Shown: positions 28,862 through 38,817 of the stretch, one piece after another
How positions within the stretch are numbered: the first letter of the stretch is position 1
Layout of the letters: the number at the start of each line of letters is the position of its first letter
Virus record (IMG/VR): IMGVR_UViG_3300032170_000010
Span: 1-54,733 of that record
Source: a virus
Taxonomy: Duplodnaviria; Caudoviricetes
DNA: 54,733 nt
Strand: one strand, 5' to 3'
Made by a program: the position numbers and the translations under genes
The notes under the pieces: model-generated
What the model was told of the DNA's origin: nothing
The model's input: only the letters and a program-made list of their open reading frames with translations
Databases searched by the model: none

Positions 28862-29779
28862 CTATGCACTGAACAATTTTCCTTGAAATAAGAATTTGTG
28901 CTTAATCACAGGAATCTGTTCCAGATGAAACAAATCCTTTTTAGTGAAATAGGCTATGCTCCAGCCCTGAATCCAATCAGCGAAATCAAGATACTCCGGC
29001 TTAAGGTTACACATACACATATTCTCATACCAACCACAAACTTCCGCAACGGTCCTCTTGAGGAAGTTTCCTCCTCTGTGAGAATGTCCTATTATTCCGC
29101 AACCCCCATACTTTTCATAATGTCCTTTTGCAGTCCAACCAGAATATTTTCTTACCAAGCTACCATGATGAATTTGTAGTCCATGATATTTAACCGGGGG
29201 ACTCAGATAATCGTGATAACGAATGTCTCTCTCATTTAAACCCAGGAGAGAAGAAACTCGAAGTGCATCTAAACTATAAAGTTCTGGGTGTTTTCTCAAG
29301 TATCTTATCATTCTGTTTTCGTGATTCCCGGCTAAGAATTCAATTTTGGGAACCATTGCACATAGTGCATCCAAAAGCTTCTTTCCTAAGTTCAGGTCTT
29401 CTTGGAATTTTAGTAACCGCCGGGGGTCTTTATCAAAATCACTTATCTGATACCAGTCAATAAAATCACCTAGTATCCAGAGCTTATCTGGCTTAAAGTA
29501 TTTAAGGAAAACCAAGAGAAGAGCAAAGAGCTTCTCATCGTGAAATGGAATATGCGGGCAAGTAATGAAGGCAGCTTTCTCGAATTCCTCGTGCTCTACT
29601 ATTTTTCTCTTTTTCCATCCCTTGTCTCGCCTTAACTGTCTAATCTTTTCGGATTCTATCAAGATTCCAAAACCTCTCTCGGTTTCTCGGCTCAACTTGG
29701 AATCTTTTGCTGCTGTGTAATTCTTCTCAATGTATCTATAGATGTCGGGATGCTGTTCCCAGAACTCTTCATTTAGCAT
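28862..29779 (-). CDS. Calcineurin-like metallophosphoesterase
   Basis: CPH (variant of DxH), GDFID, GNHE, HG, GHSH. Confidence 0.85.
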   Translation of the reverse strand: MLNEEFWEQHPDIYRYIEKNYTAAKDSKLSRETERGFGILIESEKIRQLRRDKGWKKRKIVEHEEFEKAAFITCPHIPFHDEKLFALLLVFLKYFKPDKLWILGDFIDWYQISDFDKDPRRLLKFQEDLNLGKKLLDALCAMVPKIEFLAGNHENRMIRYLRKHPELYSLDALRVSSLLGLNERDIRYHDYLSPPVKYHGLQIHHGSLVRKYSGWTAKGHYEKYGGCGIIGHSHRGGNFLKRTVAEVCGWYENMCMCNLKPEYLDFADWIQGWSIAYFTKKDLFHLEQIPVIKHKFLFQGKLFSA

Positions 29780-30406
29780 TTACTTTTCCTTCTCCCTTTC
29801 AGCCATTTTATCTATCTGACTTGCATAATCATCAATATATCGTTGTTCGGCCTGTTTATATATTTTATCTTGTGTAGCATCGGGTAAATCATAAAAATCC
29901 TTTCCATACTGCCCCCAAGCAATGTCGTCAGCGTGTGCTTGGATGGCTTCTTTGTAGCTCATTTTTATCTCCTTAGACACCATTCGCTCATATTATTAGC
30001 TATGCACTTATCACACCGTGCTTTACACTTAGTCCGCCCCGACGGATAAATCCCATCGCAAATCGTACAAGCTTTATCCTTGATTCTTCGTCGCATTAGA
30101 TTCATTCTTTATCTCCTTTTCTTTTAAATTCATCACAATCAAATACATTAATTACAAACGAGGTGATTCCTTGTGTGATTTCAGTGTAATTATATACATT
30201 GGCTAGAGGAACGCATCTGCGTCCATAACTAGAACCACCATATATGCAATATTGACATATATGACCTTTGCCATATAAAAACTGTTTATCTTCTTTTTTC
30301 ATTTATTTCTCCTCCCCGCTCTGCCCCGGCGGCTACCGGTTTATCCGTCTTGTGCCCGGAGACCATAACGGCATCAGCCATCAGAGCGGGGATTATTTAT
30401 GTAGAT

Positions 30407-31411
30407 TTAGGTTACATTCTCCAAGGATTCAGGGATCTCATCCTTTTCTATCTCATTGCTCAGCGGATACTTCTCTAGCTCTTTTACAATGGCTTGCAAG
30501 CGCAGTGGTGGAAGCAGTAGCTTATCCCATCCCTTAATGTTATGCTTCGCCATAAATGCAGTTTGCTCTTCTGGTGTCATCACTCTCTTGTGTCGCATTA
30601 CGTTAATGGTCAAGATAAGCTCTTTCATCTCCTCAAACTGACTCTTCCCGTCCTTATAATCCTGCTCAGTTTTGTAGATATGAAGCGCAGGATTCTTGTA
30701 TCCAACTTCCTTGGCGAGCTTTTTAAGTCCTGCGAGGTGTTCAGCTTTGATTTTTTCATCGGGAGCAGGCTTCCGTTCTGATTTCTTTACAGGTTTTGGC
30801 TTCTCCTCCTCAAATACTGCATTTTCAACACTCTGCTTTTCTCTCTTTTTAACTGGTTTTTCGCTTAACTTATCCATTTCTATAGGCATCTCTTCTGGTG
30901 CGTAAAGTCCCTCAAAATCCTCAGGGAATGCTTCTCTTAATGCTTGAGCCAAAGCTACTTTTCTAATCATGGTTTTGGGTTTTTCTCTCCAGAAACGATT
31001 TGGTTGGCCGGTTTTGGTGTATTGAACATATTCCTTAAAATCAACAACTACTCTCACTGGCACTTTATAATCCTCTACATACACTTCAGCCCAAGCACCA
31101 ATCAAATTCCCATCTTTATCCTCTATTGCCTCTGCTTGATGTCCTCTAAACTTCGGGTTATGACAAGCTCTTTTGAAAAAGACATCCTTACCAGTAACCA
31201 GAGAAGCGGGCTGGTCTTTGGAATACTTAATTATATACGCTTCTCTTAGCCAAGGGTTGAGCTTCTGATAGTAGCACATGTTCATAAAGGCCATTACCTC
31301 TACATCGGTAACATATTCTTTTCTGCCGCTCACAAGGTAATCCAAGACGTCTTTTTTTGAGAGCTTGACCACTCCCTTGTTGGTCTTATACTCTACCAAT
31401 TCACCGCTCAT
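30407..31411 (-). CDS. bet: Bet/RecT single-strand annealing recombinase
   Basis: FMNMCYYQKLNPWLREAYIIKY, GAWAEVY, W..KPKTMIRKVALAQALREAFP, GLYAPEEM. Confidence 0.9.
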   Translation of the reverse strand: MSGELVEYKTNKGVVKLSKKDVLDYLVSGRKEYVTDVEVMAFMNMCYYQKLNPWLREAYIIKYSKDQPASLVTGKDVFFKRACHNPKFRGHQAEAIEDKDGNLIGAWAEVYVEDYKVPVRVVVDFKEYVQYTKTGQPNRFWREKPKTMIRKVALAQALREAFPEDFEGLYAPEEMPIEMDKLSEKPVKKREKQSVENAVFEEEKPKPVKKSERKPAPDEKIKAEHLAGLKKLAKEVGYKNPALHIYKTEQDYKDGKSQFEEMKELILTINVMRHKRVMTPEEQTAFMAKHNIKGWDKLLLPPLRLQAIVKELEKYPLSNEIEKDEIPESLENVT

Positions 31412-34400
31412 TTTTTATCCTCCTCATATATTATTTCTTCTGTCTTTGCCAATACTATAACTGCGTCACCAAAAGACTTTACTGCTTGCTTTGCTTCTTT
31501 TAGGGTTTCACAGGTATCTAAAACCAAAGCACGATCTCTATCGAAGTGATAGCGACCATCAAAAATCAAGTAATTAATCGGGGGAAATTTACTGTTCATC
31601 GTCTTTATCCTCCTCTAGTGCTTGAGTGCACCATTGAATAAGAATATCACGAATCCACACAGTGTTTCCCGTTGACTTATCGTGATGGGAGTGGTCAAAA
31701 TATGGGCTTCCACACCCAGCACAACTATTTTTCATCTTGTTTGTCCTCCTCTTTGCTTCAATTCCTTGAACCAACTTTCCTCTTTCTCTTTTTTGTCAAT
31801 GTATTCAATCATTTCTTGTGCCTGAAGAGCAAAAACATAGGCTTGCTCATAATTAATTTCCTTCATCTTATTTATCCTCCTCTTTTATTTCTCTCACCTC
31901 ATCAAATCCTTGCGGAATAACAATTTCACCGTTTAACCAAGCCCTATAAGTTCCGCAAGAGCCTTGACAAGTTTCTACTTTCTTTTCAGCATCCCAATTT
32001 TTCCACCCATCCTCACAATAAGCACAAGGATAAGGTCGTTCTTCCGTTATCTCAACCACTATTTTTTTGATTAGTTCGTAAGGCATCTTGTAACCTCCAT
32101 TTTTGTTCTTCGTTATAAATAAACATTGCCTTACTGTGTCGCTCACAAAGCCCTCCTGTGCGAGTGGGCTTACCGCACACACTGCATTGTGTCAGTTTCA
32201 TTCTCTTTTTCCCCGAATTTTCTTATTTAGCTCCTGCAACAATAAAGTAATAAACTGTCCCACAATTAGACCTACAATTATCCCCCCAAAAAACACTTTC
32301 GTTACATCTACACCTTCTAACCAAACTGTTATCATCTAGCTCTCCTTTCAATCTTTATGCTTAACAATGAATTCCTCGTCTATTTCTATCCTTTTAGCCT
32401 TACGCTTCCGCTTATCTTTCCCCCTTTTTTGCTCCACGATAACCACTTTGTTTTCGTCAACCAATATCATTGCTGTCTCCTTACCTATCAGTCCGCAGAT
32501 AATCTTCTTTCTCCTGGACATATTGCTTCAGTGCATTCTCTATTACATCATTCAACGCTCGCTTCTCGTTCTCGGCTATTTCGTTGAGCTTTTTGTAAAG
32601 TTTATCACTGATGAAAATTTGACTCATTTCCTCGCCCTTCCTTTTTATAGTTTATCCTCAGTTCTAGTGAAGTTTAACTGCACTTTTCGTCCCCTTTTTC
32701 CAACAGGCATAAACCAGTATCAAAGTCGTGCAATGCATTTTTTACCCACTGGGAGTGCCTACCGCCACAACTACAACTCTTCAAAACGCAACAATCATCT
32801 ATATACTCTATGCAATGCTGTAATGTTTTTCGTATTTTTTGAACTAATTCATCTTTAATAACAAACCCTTTTGCCATATCAAACATCCAATCACAAACTA
32901 CGTGCTTACATCCAGGACACTGGGGGTTTTCGTCACTCCAGTAGCCAAGATAGTCTCCGCACAAAGGACATTCTTCATATACTTTTTCTTTTTTATATTC
33001 CTTTGCATCTGCATCAGCCTCTTGTTCTTGCCAGCTTCCAGCACGAAAGTATTTCTCTTCATCGGCCTGTGGTCTCATTTATCCCTCCTTCTTCATAATC
33101 TAGGTGTTTCCTCCATTCGCTTTTATTTAATGATAGTTTGCATTCCTTACAACGTATTCTATCTGCAACCGCACCAGATAAAAGAATACCATCACATACC
33201 ATACAACTTCTATCCTTGGTTCCTGCTTGAATTATTTTCCTTAGTGCACATTGTATATCAAGAGGTAATCCTCGCTTTACCCTCATTTCTTTTTCCTTAT
33301 TAACTCATAATGCTCTTCACATAGCCCATATTTCCAGCCTCTTTCTCGGATTATAATGCTAGTTGCCTTTTCACACTCCTTGTCATAGCAAACATTAAAC
33401 AGACACCTCATCTCCCCCTCCTTTTGATCTCCAATCCCGTTCCCAACCTTATTGGTGGGAAGTATTCCTGGACCGTGCCATTACGAAAATGACGGTATCG
33501 AGCTAGATGCTTTAGCTTTTTAGTCTCACGCCCTTTTTGTCGTTGAATCCTAAATAAATCTCTTTGACCCTTTAACGAAAGTATTCTGGCCGTTCCAACA
33601 GGAATCTTTGATATGAATCTATACTCATCTAATTTCATCATTGTCCCCTTTCATAACGAGCCTCGAAGAACCGTCTGGCCCGATAGCGAAACCAAATTCC
33701 TTGTCTTCCCCGAACTTCCTCTTGGCCTTGCGGATAATATCATCCACGCTGTCAAAGAAGGTTACTTTGAGTGTTTTCATTTCTTTCCTCCTCGGAATAT
33801 AAAACTTGTCATTTATCGCTAACTTGTGACATTTTTTATCTCCAAATCCAATATACTTTTGGCTTTGGTTTATATCTCACTATAACTTCTCGTAATAGCC
33901 CAATATCAAACAATCTCGAACCAATCCAGTATTTTATTCGCCACATTTTTTCTCCTCCTTACCTCCCAATTCCTCAAGTTATTTTTTCTTGAGAACAACT
34001 TTTGCACCTTTAAGTGACCAATCAAATTCCCAGTCTCTCTCTTTCCAGAGTGGACTATGCCCTCGGTCAAATTGAAGTCCAGCTTTGCCCAACTCATCTT
34101 CTGCCTTCAAAAGATGTTCAAGCTGTTCGCTGAATAAATTACGAAACTCAATTGTTACTTCAACCATTTTTTCACCTATTTCCCCCGGTCATGCTTGATT
34201 TATCAAAGCATTGACTTCAAAACAATTTTTACATAAATACACTGCGACTGCACATGCATCGTGAAGCCAATACTTACCTTTTCCCTCATTTTTATGTAAT
34301 TTACAAATACATTTCTCCTCTGATGCACTCTCAAATGCAACAAACATTATTCTAGCTATTGCTTTGCATTTGTGGCATTCAATGGTTTTAGGAAAAGGAA

Positions 34401-34446
34401 CCTGCCAACTGTAATTCACTCCTGCTTCGCCTAAATATATATCCAT

Positions 34447-35058
34447 TTACTTCTCACCTCCTTTAACTTTACTCCCTAAGATATCAAAGTAATCTACATT
34501 ACGAGCATTTACCTTGCTTCTATTCCCGTTGTGTCCAGTTTTAAGATAAAACTCAGGAACGGAAAGGGACGGCTCGGTTGCAACTTCACCCGTTAAAGTG
34601 CGACCGCTGACAAAATAAACCTTGATGAACATTGAGATTGACTCCTCGTGGATATCTATTTTTTCTAGCTTTAACACATCTATGAACTCACGGGGGCTGT
34701 CGTAATGTCGCTTGCGTTTGCAATCCCCACAAGTGGTAACAAGATTATCTTTGTAGGTCTGTCCACCCGCTTGCTTCTGGATGAGATGCGATACGTCGTG
34801 TTCCTCCCCTTTGCCACACCACACGCACTTGTAGTTGTCTCTTTTGAGCACCCCACGACGAGTTTTCACCGGAATATAGCTCGGCTCTAAACTCAAAGCT
34901 CTACTTCTCATTATCTTCCTCACCACATCCACCCCAAGCGTATCCCTCACCTTTTGCATAAACACCGAATCCCTTGTAAACAGGAAAACCCCGACCCCTG
35001 CCAGCAGTATAACTTGGCAGATAGTTCGACTCCATTGCAAAAATACGACTTCCTCCAT
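34447..35058 (-). CDS. HNH-like protein with N-terminal TM segment
   Basis: LKRDNYKCVWCG...SHLIQKQAGG...NLVTTCGDC; N-terminal VILLAGVGVFLF; GGAGG RBS. Confidence 0.7.
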   Translation of the reverse strand: MEEVVFLQWSRTICQVILLAGVGVFLFTRDSVFMQKVRDTLGVDVVRKIMRSRALSLEPSYIPVKTRRGVLKRDNYKCVWCGKGEEHDVSHLIQKQAGGQTYKDNLVTTCGDCKRKRHYDSPREFIDVLKLEKIDIHEESISMFIKVYFVSGRTLTGEVATEPSLSVPEFYLKTGHNGNRSKVNARNVDYFDILGSKVKGGEK

Positions 35059-35255
35059 CTTGCCACCCTCCTTTAAGTTTTTTTATACCTAAAGGATAGC
35101 AGAATGTGGAGAAAATAGGGGAAAATGGGGACTGGAAGGAAGTGGAAATCAGGGAAGGAATTAAACTAGGGTTATCTCTGTTAAAGAAGAAACTTAAATT
35201 TGAGGTAAAAGTAGGGCGAGGTTGTGAGGCTTGTAGCCTGAATAACAGGAATTTA

Positions 35256-35283
35256 TGTTCCGATAAGATATATTTTAGCACCC
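35256..35283 (+). other. Degenerate dif-like site (XerC-type arm intact)
   Basis: TGTTCCGATAA-GATATA-TTTTAGCACCC; left arm identical to that of the 38205-38232 site. Confidence 0.4.
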
Positions 35284-35357
35284 TAATTTTTTGGGCGAAA
35301 GATGCTATTGGTGAGCTTTTGGATGGATTGGGGGGTGAGTTACATAAACTAAAAGAT

Positions 35358-35489
35358 TGACCTGCTCTGGCAGGATTCCCCACCCTGCTCCAGTCAAATA
35401 GTATTCTACTGGTCGCTATTTGATGGGTAGCTTGCGTTAAAGGCTCCCCAACACACTTACCTAGCGCCAGAACGCCACAGAGCAGGTCA
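35358..35489 (-). ncRNA. tRNA-like cloverleaf RNA, copy 1
   Basis: 12-bp closing stem UGACCUGCUCUG/CAGAGCAGGUCA; arm UGGCG-UUCUGG-CGCUA; two middle arms; T-like arm GCAGG-GUGGGGAAU-CCUGC. Confidence 0.7.
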
Positions 35490-35638
35490 TGGAAACCACA
35501 ATTAAAAATACGCCCCGAAATCTTGAAGGAGGATCCCGGGGCCCGAGGAGCAAAAGAGAGATGAGGATATATCCTCACGCTCTCTGAGAGCACCTTAATT
35601 TGTCTGACGATGGAATACATTTTTACTCCTCGGTTACA

Positions 35639-35666
35639 AGTATAGCATAATTTGCGTAAATGTCAA
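35639..35666 (-). promoter_or_regulatory. Sigma70-type promoter of the early leftward operon
   Basis: TTGACA-16-TATACT with extended -10. Confidence 0.8.
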
Positions 35667-36092
35667 GCGTTCGCCTTTTCTTTTTCTTTCTTTCGCTTGT
35701 AGCAATTTAACTCATATACTTCTCTCTGTCGTTCCATTTGTGCTATTGTCTTCTTATAATCATCAGACCACGCAGACACCTCAGCCACTTTAATAAGTAA
35801 TTTCTCAATTACAATCAGTTTTTCTACCACCACAAGTTTCCATTGCTTTTCAGTTAAGTCACCATGTTGAGTTTTTATTTTACTCATCTCAAGTCCTCCT
35901 TAACTATGGTTCTCTATAAAGTAATGTGCTTTGAGAATCTTTATTATTAGTCTGCTTCTGCTCATATCAAACTGCTTACTATCTCGCTCAATAAGATTTA
36001 ATAACCATTTTTCCCTAAATGGTATCTTGAAACTCACCATTACACCTGCATCTTTGGACATACATTTTCCCTTATTGATAAGTGTTACTACT

Positions 36093-36120
36093 ATTATATA
36101 CTATTTTCCTCAAGTGTCAA
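36093..36120 (-). promoter_or_regulatory. Sigma70-type promoter
   Basis: TTGACA-16-TATAAT. Confidence 0.75.
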
Positions 36121-36519
36121 GCCCCTGTGTTCGTTAAGTGCTCTTCTTTGGATCAATTAAATTTCTTAGCGCATCTATATATCCTGTCCAATATCCCACT
36201 TCTCTCATATCATATATATCACTTGCTTGTTTAATGGCTTTTGTTTTCTTTGGTTCTATCTCTTCAATTTTACTCCAGATTTGTCTATGGAAGTCAGTTT
36301 TGCTTATCATTTCCTTCTCCTTTTCAAGCTCTGATAACATTCGCATTTATTATCTTTTATTGTTAATACTCCTGGATGGGTGCATCCGGGTCTATGATCC
36401 ATTCTATATTCTCCTGGACGATCCCTGAAGATACAATCTTCTTTACACCACACTGGATTCATCTCCTCCTCCTCCTTTTCAAGTTTGCTCCTACTATAGC
36501 ATGAGAAAGAATAAACTTC

Positions 36520-36614
36520 CCACTCTGGCAGGATTCCCAACCGTGCGTTGAATTGTGTTTACAATTGCGCACCTGCCTGACGTGTAGGTGTCTTGTGGCT
36601 AACCCACAGAGTGG
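36520..36614 (-). ncRNA. tRNA-like cloverleaf RNA, copy 3, immediately downstream of tRNA-Ala
   Basis: CCACUCUG/CAGAGUGG stem; UGG-GUUAG-CCA; CACCU/AGGUG arm; AAUUGU/ACAAUU arm; GCACGG-UUGGGAAU-CCUGC. Confidence 0.6.
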
Positions 36615-36633
36615 AGTTACTTAAAATAAATAG

Positions 36634-36707
36634 TGGAAGGGACGAGAATCGAACTCGCAACATCTAGCGTGCAAAGCTAGTGCTCTCCCTGGTTGAGCTA
36701 CCCTCCC
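36634..36707 (-). tRNA. tRNA-Ala(TGC)
   Basis: GGGAGGG/CCCTTCC-A acceptor with G3:U70, anticodon arm CTAGC-TTTGCAC-GCTAG, GTTCGATTC T-loop; CCA not encoded. Confidence 0.92.
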
Positions 36708-36966
36708 AGTTATTTTGTGTATTAATAACTACTAATCAGGTTTTTAAATAGTTTATATGATATCTGAGTATCTAGGTAATGGAACAATCCTACATCATTA
36801 AGTTGGTAAGTTTTGTTGTATAAGTCGACCAGTCTTCCCTTGTAGTGATGTTTTTTACAATAATCTCTAATATGATCCCTTAAAAATTCAGTTGTTGTGT
36901 CTGCTTGAAGTAATTGATACTTCATACTGCTTCGCATGGTACACCTCCATTTTCAAAGATGCCACC

Positions 36967-36994
36967 ACTATAGCATATTTTGGGAGTTTGTCAA
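36967..36994 (-). promoter_or_regulatory. Sigma70-type promoter of the tRNA transcript, followed by boxA-like ATCTTTGAAAAT (36949-36960)
   Basis: TTGACA-16-TATAGT with extended -10. Confidence 0.75.
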
Positions 36995-37191
36995 GTCTAA
37001 TCTTGCTTGAGCACACCCTTTCGGATGTGCTCCTTGCAAAACCAGATTATTTCCTCCCAAACTCTTTTTTTCTTTCCTCATATCTCTTGCCAAACTCATC
37101 TAAGATCTCCCCCATTTTTCCCGACTCACACGCTTTCTTCCAATCTTCTTTGAAGCTAGCCATTTTACTCCTCCTTATCAAAGATACCGCT

Positions 37192-37220
37192 ATCATAGCA
37201 TAAAATAGTGGTTTTGTCAA
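37192..37220 (-). promoter_or_regulatory. Sigma70-type promoter
   Basis: TTGACA-17-TATGAT with extended -10. Confidence 0.7.
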
Positions 37221-37305
37221 GCCCTTTAGAATCCCCTGCTAGAGTAGTTGTAACAAAACGGGGAGAGCGTAAAGCTCACTACGTCTCGGTCTGCAAGGTA
37301 GGGGG

Positions 37306-37334
37306 TTGACGATTGGTCAAAAATGTTGTATACT
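37306..37334 (+). promoter_or_regulatory. Divergent sigma70-type promoter
   Basis: TTGACG-17-TATACT. Confidence 0.6.
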
Positions 37335-37703
37335 TGTGAAAAAACAAGTGCTTTCACAATAAGTGCTTGTTTTTGTCCGTAGTCTGTCTCCGAGCGCTTC
37401 GCTTCTCAGGAAAGAAGCTCGCTTACCTGTAAACCAATAGCTTTCTCTCACCCTTCATTATGACTCAACCCATAGTTCTGCCAAGTAATCCAATTTATCA
37501 GGAGATACTCTGCTCAAAAGAAAAGGAATAAAGCATTAATAAGTAGATAGGGGGGAGTTACAATAACGAAAAAGGACCGAAAAGAGGGCATATTCGTTAT
37601 GATAAGGATGATTTTCGTAATATAATACTACGAAAAAGATGGCGGCAATATGGCGGCAATTGACTACAATATGTATGTGAGGAGGTTGGCAATAAACTTG
37701 CCC

Positions 37704-37731
37704 TTGACAATAAAAATATATGGTATAGAAT
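37704..37731 (+). promoter_or_regulatory. Promoter of the terS-like gene
   Basis: TTGACA-16-TAGAAT. Confidence 0.65.
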
Positions 37732-37737
37732 GGGAAT

Positions 37738-38202
37738 ATGAAGAAAGTAGATGAAAGGAAGATAAAAGCCATTGGATTATATTATTGTGTAGGTTCTAGC
37801 ACATACGGAAAGAAGATAGAAAGTTGTAAGGAAGCAGGTTATAGTCCATCTCACAGCGAACAGAGATGTAGAGAGATACTCGATATAGATAAGTTTCAAG
37901 ATAGAATGACCCTGGAATGGAAAAAATTCGAGGGTAATCTTGTTTACCTTAATGAAATGGTTCGCAATTGGCTCCTGAAGCATAAGGATGAGCCTGACAC
38001 CAAGGAAATTAGGGAAGCATTTAAGGGAATCCGAGCGATCGGTGAGAGTTTGGGTAAGTTTATCAGACGTGAAGAGAAAATTGAACATAAAATAGAGGAG
38101 AAGCGAGCTGTTTTGGTATTTAAGACGAAAGATGACGAAATTAAGTATTGGCTTGACATAGAGAGGTTAGCGAAGGCTAGACAGAGGGAAATTGAGGTGT
38201 AA
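37738..38202 (+). CDS. Terminase small subunit-like protein
   Basis: SCKEAGYS HTH-like motif and IGESLGKF motif; upstream of terL. Confidence 0.6.
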   Translation: MKKVDERKIKAIGLYYCVGSSTYGKKIESCKEAGYSPSHSEQRCREILDIDKFQDRMTLEWKKFEGNLVYLNEMVRNWLLKHKDEPDTKEIREAFKGIRAIGESLGKFIRREEKIEHKIEEKRAVLVFKTKDDEIKYWLDIERLAKARQREIEV

Positions 38203-38204
38203 GT

Positions 38205-38232
38205 GGTTTACATAATTATTATTATCGGAACA
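38205..38232 (-). other. dif-like XerC/XerD site (11-6-11)
   Basis: TGTTCCGATAA-TAATAA-TTATGTAAACC vs E. coli dif GGTGCGCATAA-TGTATA-TTATGTTAAAT; intergenic. Confidence 0.65.
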
Positions 38233-38322
38233 TGGCAACACGGAAGGGGGGAGGGGGAGCTGGCGATGAGGTGATACCACTATATAGATACTTCAAATCT
38301 AGTATAGGTATAAAAATCAAAT

Positions 38323-38817
38323 ATGGAGGTTAAAATGAAGGGTAAAAATTGTTTAGTCGCTTTTTTGTTAGCCGTAGGTTTTTGTTTTGTGCCTGCTTTG
38401 GGGTATGGGGAAGTTAAGCAACAGCCAGAAGTCTCAGTTATGGACCTATATCTCTTAAAGGAGTTTGATCTCTTAAGGGCCAGAGTTGATTATATGATGT
38501 GCAACCCGACTAATTTTTTGAATGTTAATTTTTATTATGACCCAGAGGGGACTCATAGAAAGATTTTCGAACTTCCTGAAGGTGTCGATACCAAGGGTAA
38601 GATTTTTGTAAAGGTTCAAGACAATAGAGATATATTCTCCTATGAATCTGGAACGGCTTTGTTAGACCAGTTTAAGGGGAAATTGGAGACTATATATTCG
38701 TTTTTGACCTTACCGACTATGGGTGATATGAATGCTGATATTGTGGCTATGTTTTGCAACAGGGAAGGAATTCCTTTGGGCTATTTCTATCAAGGAGAAT
38801 ACCAGAGGCTTAAATGA
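38323..38817 (+). CDS. Secreted hypothetical protein (moron between terS and terL)
   Basis: Signal peptide LVAFLLAVGFCFVPALG. Confidence 0.6.
   Translation: MEVKMKGKNCLVAFLLAVGFCFVPALGYGEVKQQPEVSVMDLYLLKEFDLLRARVDYMMCNPTNFLNVNFYYDPEGTHRKIFELPEGVDTKGKIFVKVQDNRDIFSYESGTALLDQFKGKLETIYSFLTLPTMGDMNADIVAMFCNREGIPLGYFYQGEYQRLK

Noticed and set aside
35256-35360. CTX-type fold-back attP formed with GAGTTACATAA near 35338
   Set aside because: The second half-site has no arm complementary to TGTTCCGATAA, so the hairpin cannot form
34901-35620. 239-aa ORF as a conventional protein, and opposite-strand ORF 35106-35360
   Set aside because: Runs through structured RNA and a low-complexity tract and overlaps the HNH gene; at most a regulatory leader ORF
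36634-36707. tRNA-Ala as a prophage attachment site
   Set aside because: No duplicated tRNA 3' end and no adjacent integrase; phage genes lie on both sides
35284-38204. Xer-mediated inversion of the control region
   Set aside because: The two dif-like spacers differ (GATATA vs TAATAA), which disfavours recombination between them
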